Shown piece by piece: positions 52,108 through 53,642 of a DNA stretch of 53,642 nt. Origin of the DNA: Jatrophihabitantaceae bacterium. GTDB taxonomy: Bacteria > Actinomycetota > Actinomycetes > Mycobacteriales > Jatrophihabitantaceae. The notes beneath the pieces are model-generated. The model was not told where the DNA came from, searched no databases, and was given only the letters and a program-made list of their open reading frames with translations. The DNA lies in the NCBI GenBank assembly GCA_036833255.1, contig DAITQD010000001.1:1-53642 (forward strand). Reading direction: 5' to 3'. Positions within the stretch are counted from its first letter, which is position 1. The number at the start of each line of letters is the position of its first letter. The position numbers and the translations under genes are program-made.

Positions 52108-53030
52108 CCACGCTCGTCGCACCGCCGACCGCGGAGCACGCCCGGCACCGCCACGCTGCGGCGCCCGAGGGCGCGCGTGCTCGCGGCGGACGGCTCGCGA
52201 CTCATGCGGTGCTGCTGGTGCTCGCCGTCGTGTGGTTGCTGCCCATTCTCTGGGCGGTCTACACCTCGCTGCGGCCCGAGTCGGACACGAAGAAGTATGG
52301 CTACGCCTCGATCGCGCACGCCCTGACGTTCCAGAACTATTCCGACGCCTGGACGCAGGGCCAGATCCCGCACTTCTTCAAGAACACGGTGATCATCACC
52401 GTCCCGGCAGTGATCATCACGCTGTTCCTCGCGTCGTGCGTCGCCTTCGTCGTCGCGCGGTTCTCCTTTCGCTTCAACCTCGTCATGCTGTTGCTGTTCA
52501 CCGCCGGCAACCTGCTGCCCCAGCAGACGCTGCTGTCGCCGCTGTTCAAGATCTTCCTGTACGTGCACGTGCCGACATTTCTGAGCCAGTCGGGCACCCT
52601 CTACGACTCGGCGTTCGGCCTGATCGTGATCAACGTGGCGTTCCAGACCGGCTTCTGCGTCTTCGTCCTCAGCAACTTCATGCGCACGATTCCCGAGGAG
52701 ATCACCGAGGCGGGCATGGTCGACGGCGCCTCGGTGTGGACCCAGTACTGGCGGCTGACGCTGCCGCTGTGCCGGCCCGCGCTGGCTGCGCTGGCCACCC
52801 TGCTGACGACCTGGATCTACAACGACTTCTTCTGGGCGCTCACCCTGATGTCGACCGGCAGCAAACTCCCGATCACCACGGCTATCAACAACCTCAAGGG
52901 CGAGTTCGCCCAAAACAACAACCTGCTCTCGGCCGGGGCGCTGATCATCGCGATGCCGACGCTGGTGGTCTACCTCGTGCTCCAACGGCAATTCATCGCC
53001 GGCCTCACACTCGGCAGCACCAAGGGATAG
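52104..53030 (+). CDS. Carbohydrate ABC transporter permease (MalG/UgpE-like)
   Basis: An internal ATG at 52104 overlaps the previous stop. EAA loop (…TEAGMVDGASVWTQYWRLTLPLCRP…). Confidence 0.9.
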   Translation: MTTLVAPPTAEHARHRHAAAPEGARARGGRLATHAVLLVLAVVWLLPILWAVYTSLRPESDTKKYGYASIAHALTFQNYSDAWTQGQIPHFFKNTVIITVPAVIITLFLASCVAFVVARFSFRFNLVMLLLFTAGNLLPQQTLLSPLFKIFLYVHVPTFLSQSGTLYDSAFGLIVINVAFQTGFCVFVLSNFMRTIPEEITEAGMVDGASVWTQYWRLTLPLCRPALAALATLLTTWIYNDFFWALTLMSTGSKLPITTAINNLKGEFAQNNNLLSAGALIIAMPTLVVYLVLQRQFIAGLTLGSTKG

Positions 53031-53092
53031 CCAGAGCCCGAGGAGCACCCGTACCCCGGTGCGGTCCCGACACACCGAAAAGGGAGAACCCC

Positions 53093-53281
53093 ATGGCTGA
53101 TGTCAGCTATGTCAAAGCAACCTGCCTCTACCCCGGCAATCCGGACCCCGCCGTCGACGCCCTGGACCTTGAGGTCGAGGACGGCGAGTTCATGGTCCTG
53201 GTGGGGCCCTCGGGCTCGGGGAAGTCCACAATAAGGCATTTCGCAACTGAACGGACGCCGCACAGCGGTCAATGTCAGTGA
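53093..53281 (+). pseudogene. MsiK/UgpC-like sugar ABC ATPase, truncated after the Walker A motif by an insertion
   Basis: MADVSYVKATCLYPGNPDPAVDALDLEVEDGEFMVLVGPSGSGKST is followed by unrelated IRHFATERTPHSGQCQ*. Sequence from 53231 onward is non-ABC and contains the repeat unit. Confidence 0.75.
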
Positions 53282-53642
53282 AATGTCAGTGCACGCAAGC
53301 TGTGGGAAGCAGCTTGGTTCAAGTCTCGACGAGACGCCAACTGTGGTCGCCGCAGCGGCGCGTACGCGCTTCGCCTGTGCGGCCTCGGCGTTTGCGGCAC
53401 TGGTGCGGTCGCGTTAAACACCGTCCGTTATCAGCATTGATCGAGCTCGACGACCCAGCCTCGGAGGCGGGCCGAGGTATTTGAGCCCCACAGGTGGCGA
53501 TGATGGCGATGTTGAGCACGTGAGGCCGATCGGGTAGGGGCCGCGATCCGCTGCAACTCGGGCGAGCACGTCGGACCGGCAGCCAGCGGCTGTCGATGTC
53601 CGAACGTCTCGTCCAGCCGGCGAACCGACCCTGGATACCGGG
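53231..53642 (+). mobile_element. Inserted DNA interrupting the ATPase gene; begins with copy 3 of the repeat unit (53269-53494) and continues past the window end
   Basis: The junction lies immediately after the GKST codons. 53269-53494 aligns with 3021-3245. The ATPase reading frame does not resume after 53494 within the window. Confidence 0.5.

Overview
This is a high-GC, Actinomycetota-like 53.6-kb window with three parts. All calls come from reading the supplied translations and the DNA by eye; no searches or computations were run.

(1) Left edge, 1-2967: an AbiE-type abortive-infection/TA pair whose toxin is frameshifted, a tyrosine integrase, and a 47-bp tRNA/tmRNA-like 3'-end fragment.

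(2) 2921-33274: a 30.3-kb segment bounded by two direct copies of that 47-bp fragment. It carries:
- a PadR plus MacB-type ABC export operon;
- copies of an uncharacterised ~165-265-bp repeat unit that abut truncated genes;
- a DUF4157 toxin-like protein;
- a SARP-family regulator;
- a ~20-kb, 17-gene extracellular contractile injection system (eCIS / phage-tail-like) operon;
- a HigBA-like TA pair whose toxin is frameshifted.

(3) Right part, 33.5-53.6 kb: a Phd/YefM-RelE TA pair and a galactoside/galactose utilisation locus. The locus holds a GH27 alpha-galactosidase, two tandem GH35 beta-galactosidases (all three with a C-terminal NPCBM module), xthA, galE, galK, a DeoR regulator, galT, and a sugar ABC importer whose ATPase gene is cut after the Walker A motif by an insertion that starts with the same repeat unit.

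The most interesting content is the island-borne eCIS with its candidate regulatory DNA:
- four GGGACGS heptamers at exact 11-bp phasing, downstream of the SARP gene and upstream of the sheath gene;
- one conserved ~60-nt element that fills the only two real intergenic gaps inside the operon.

No rRNA gene, complete tRNA gene or CRISPR array was seen. Many long ORFs in the six-frame track are antisense high-GC artefacts.
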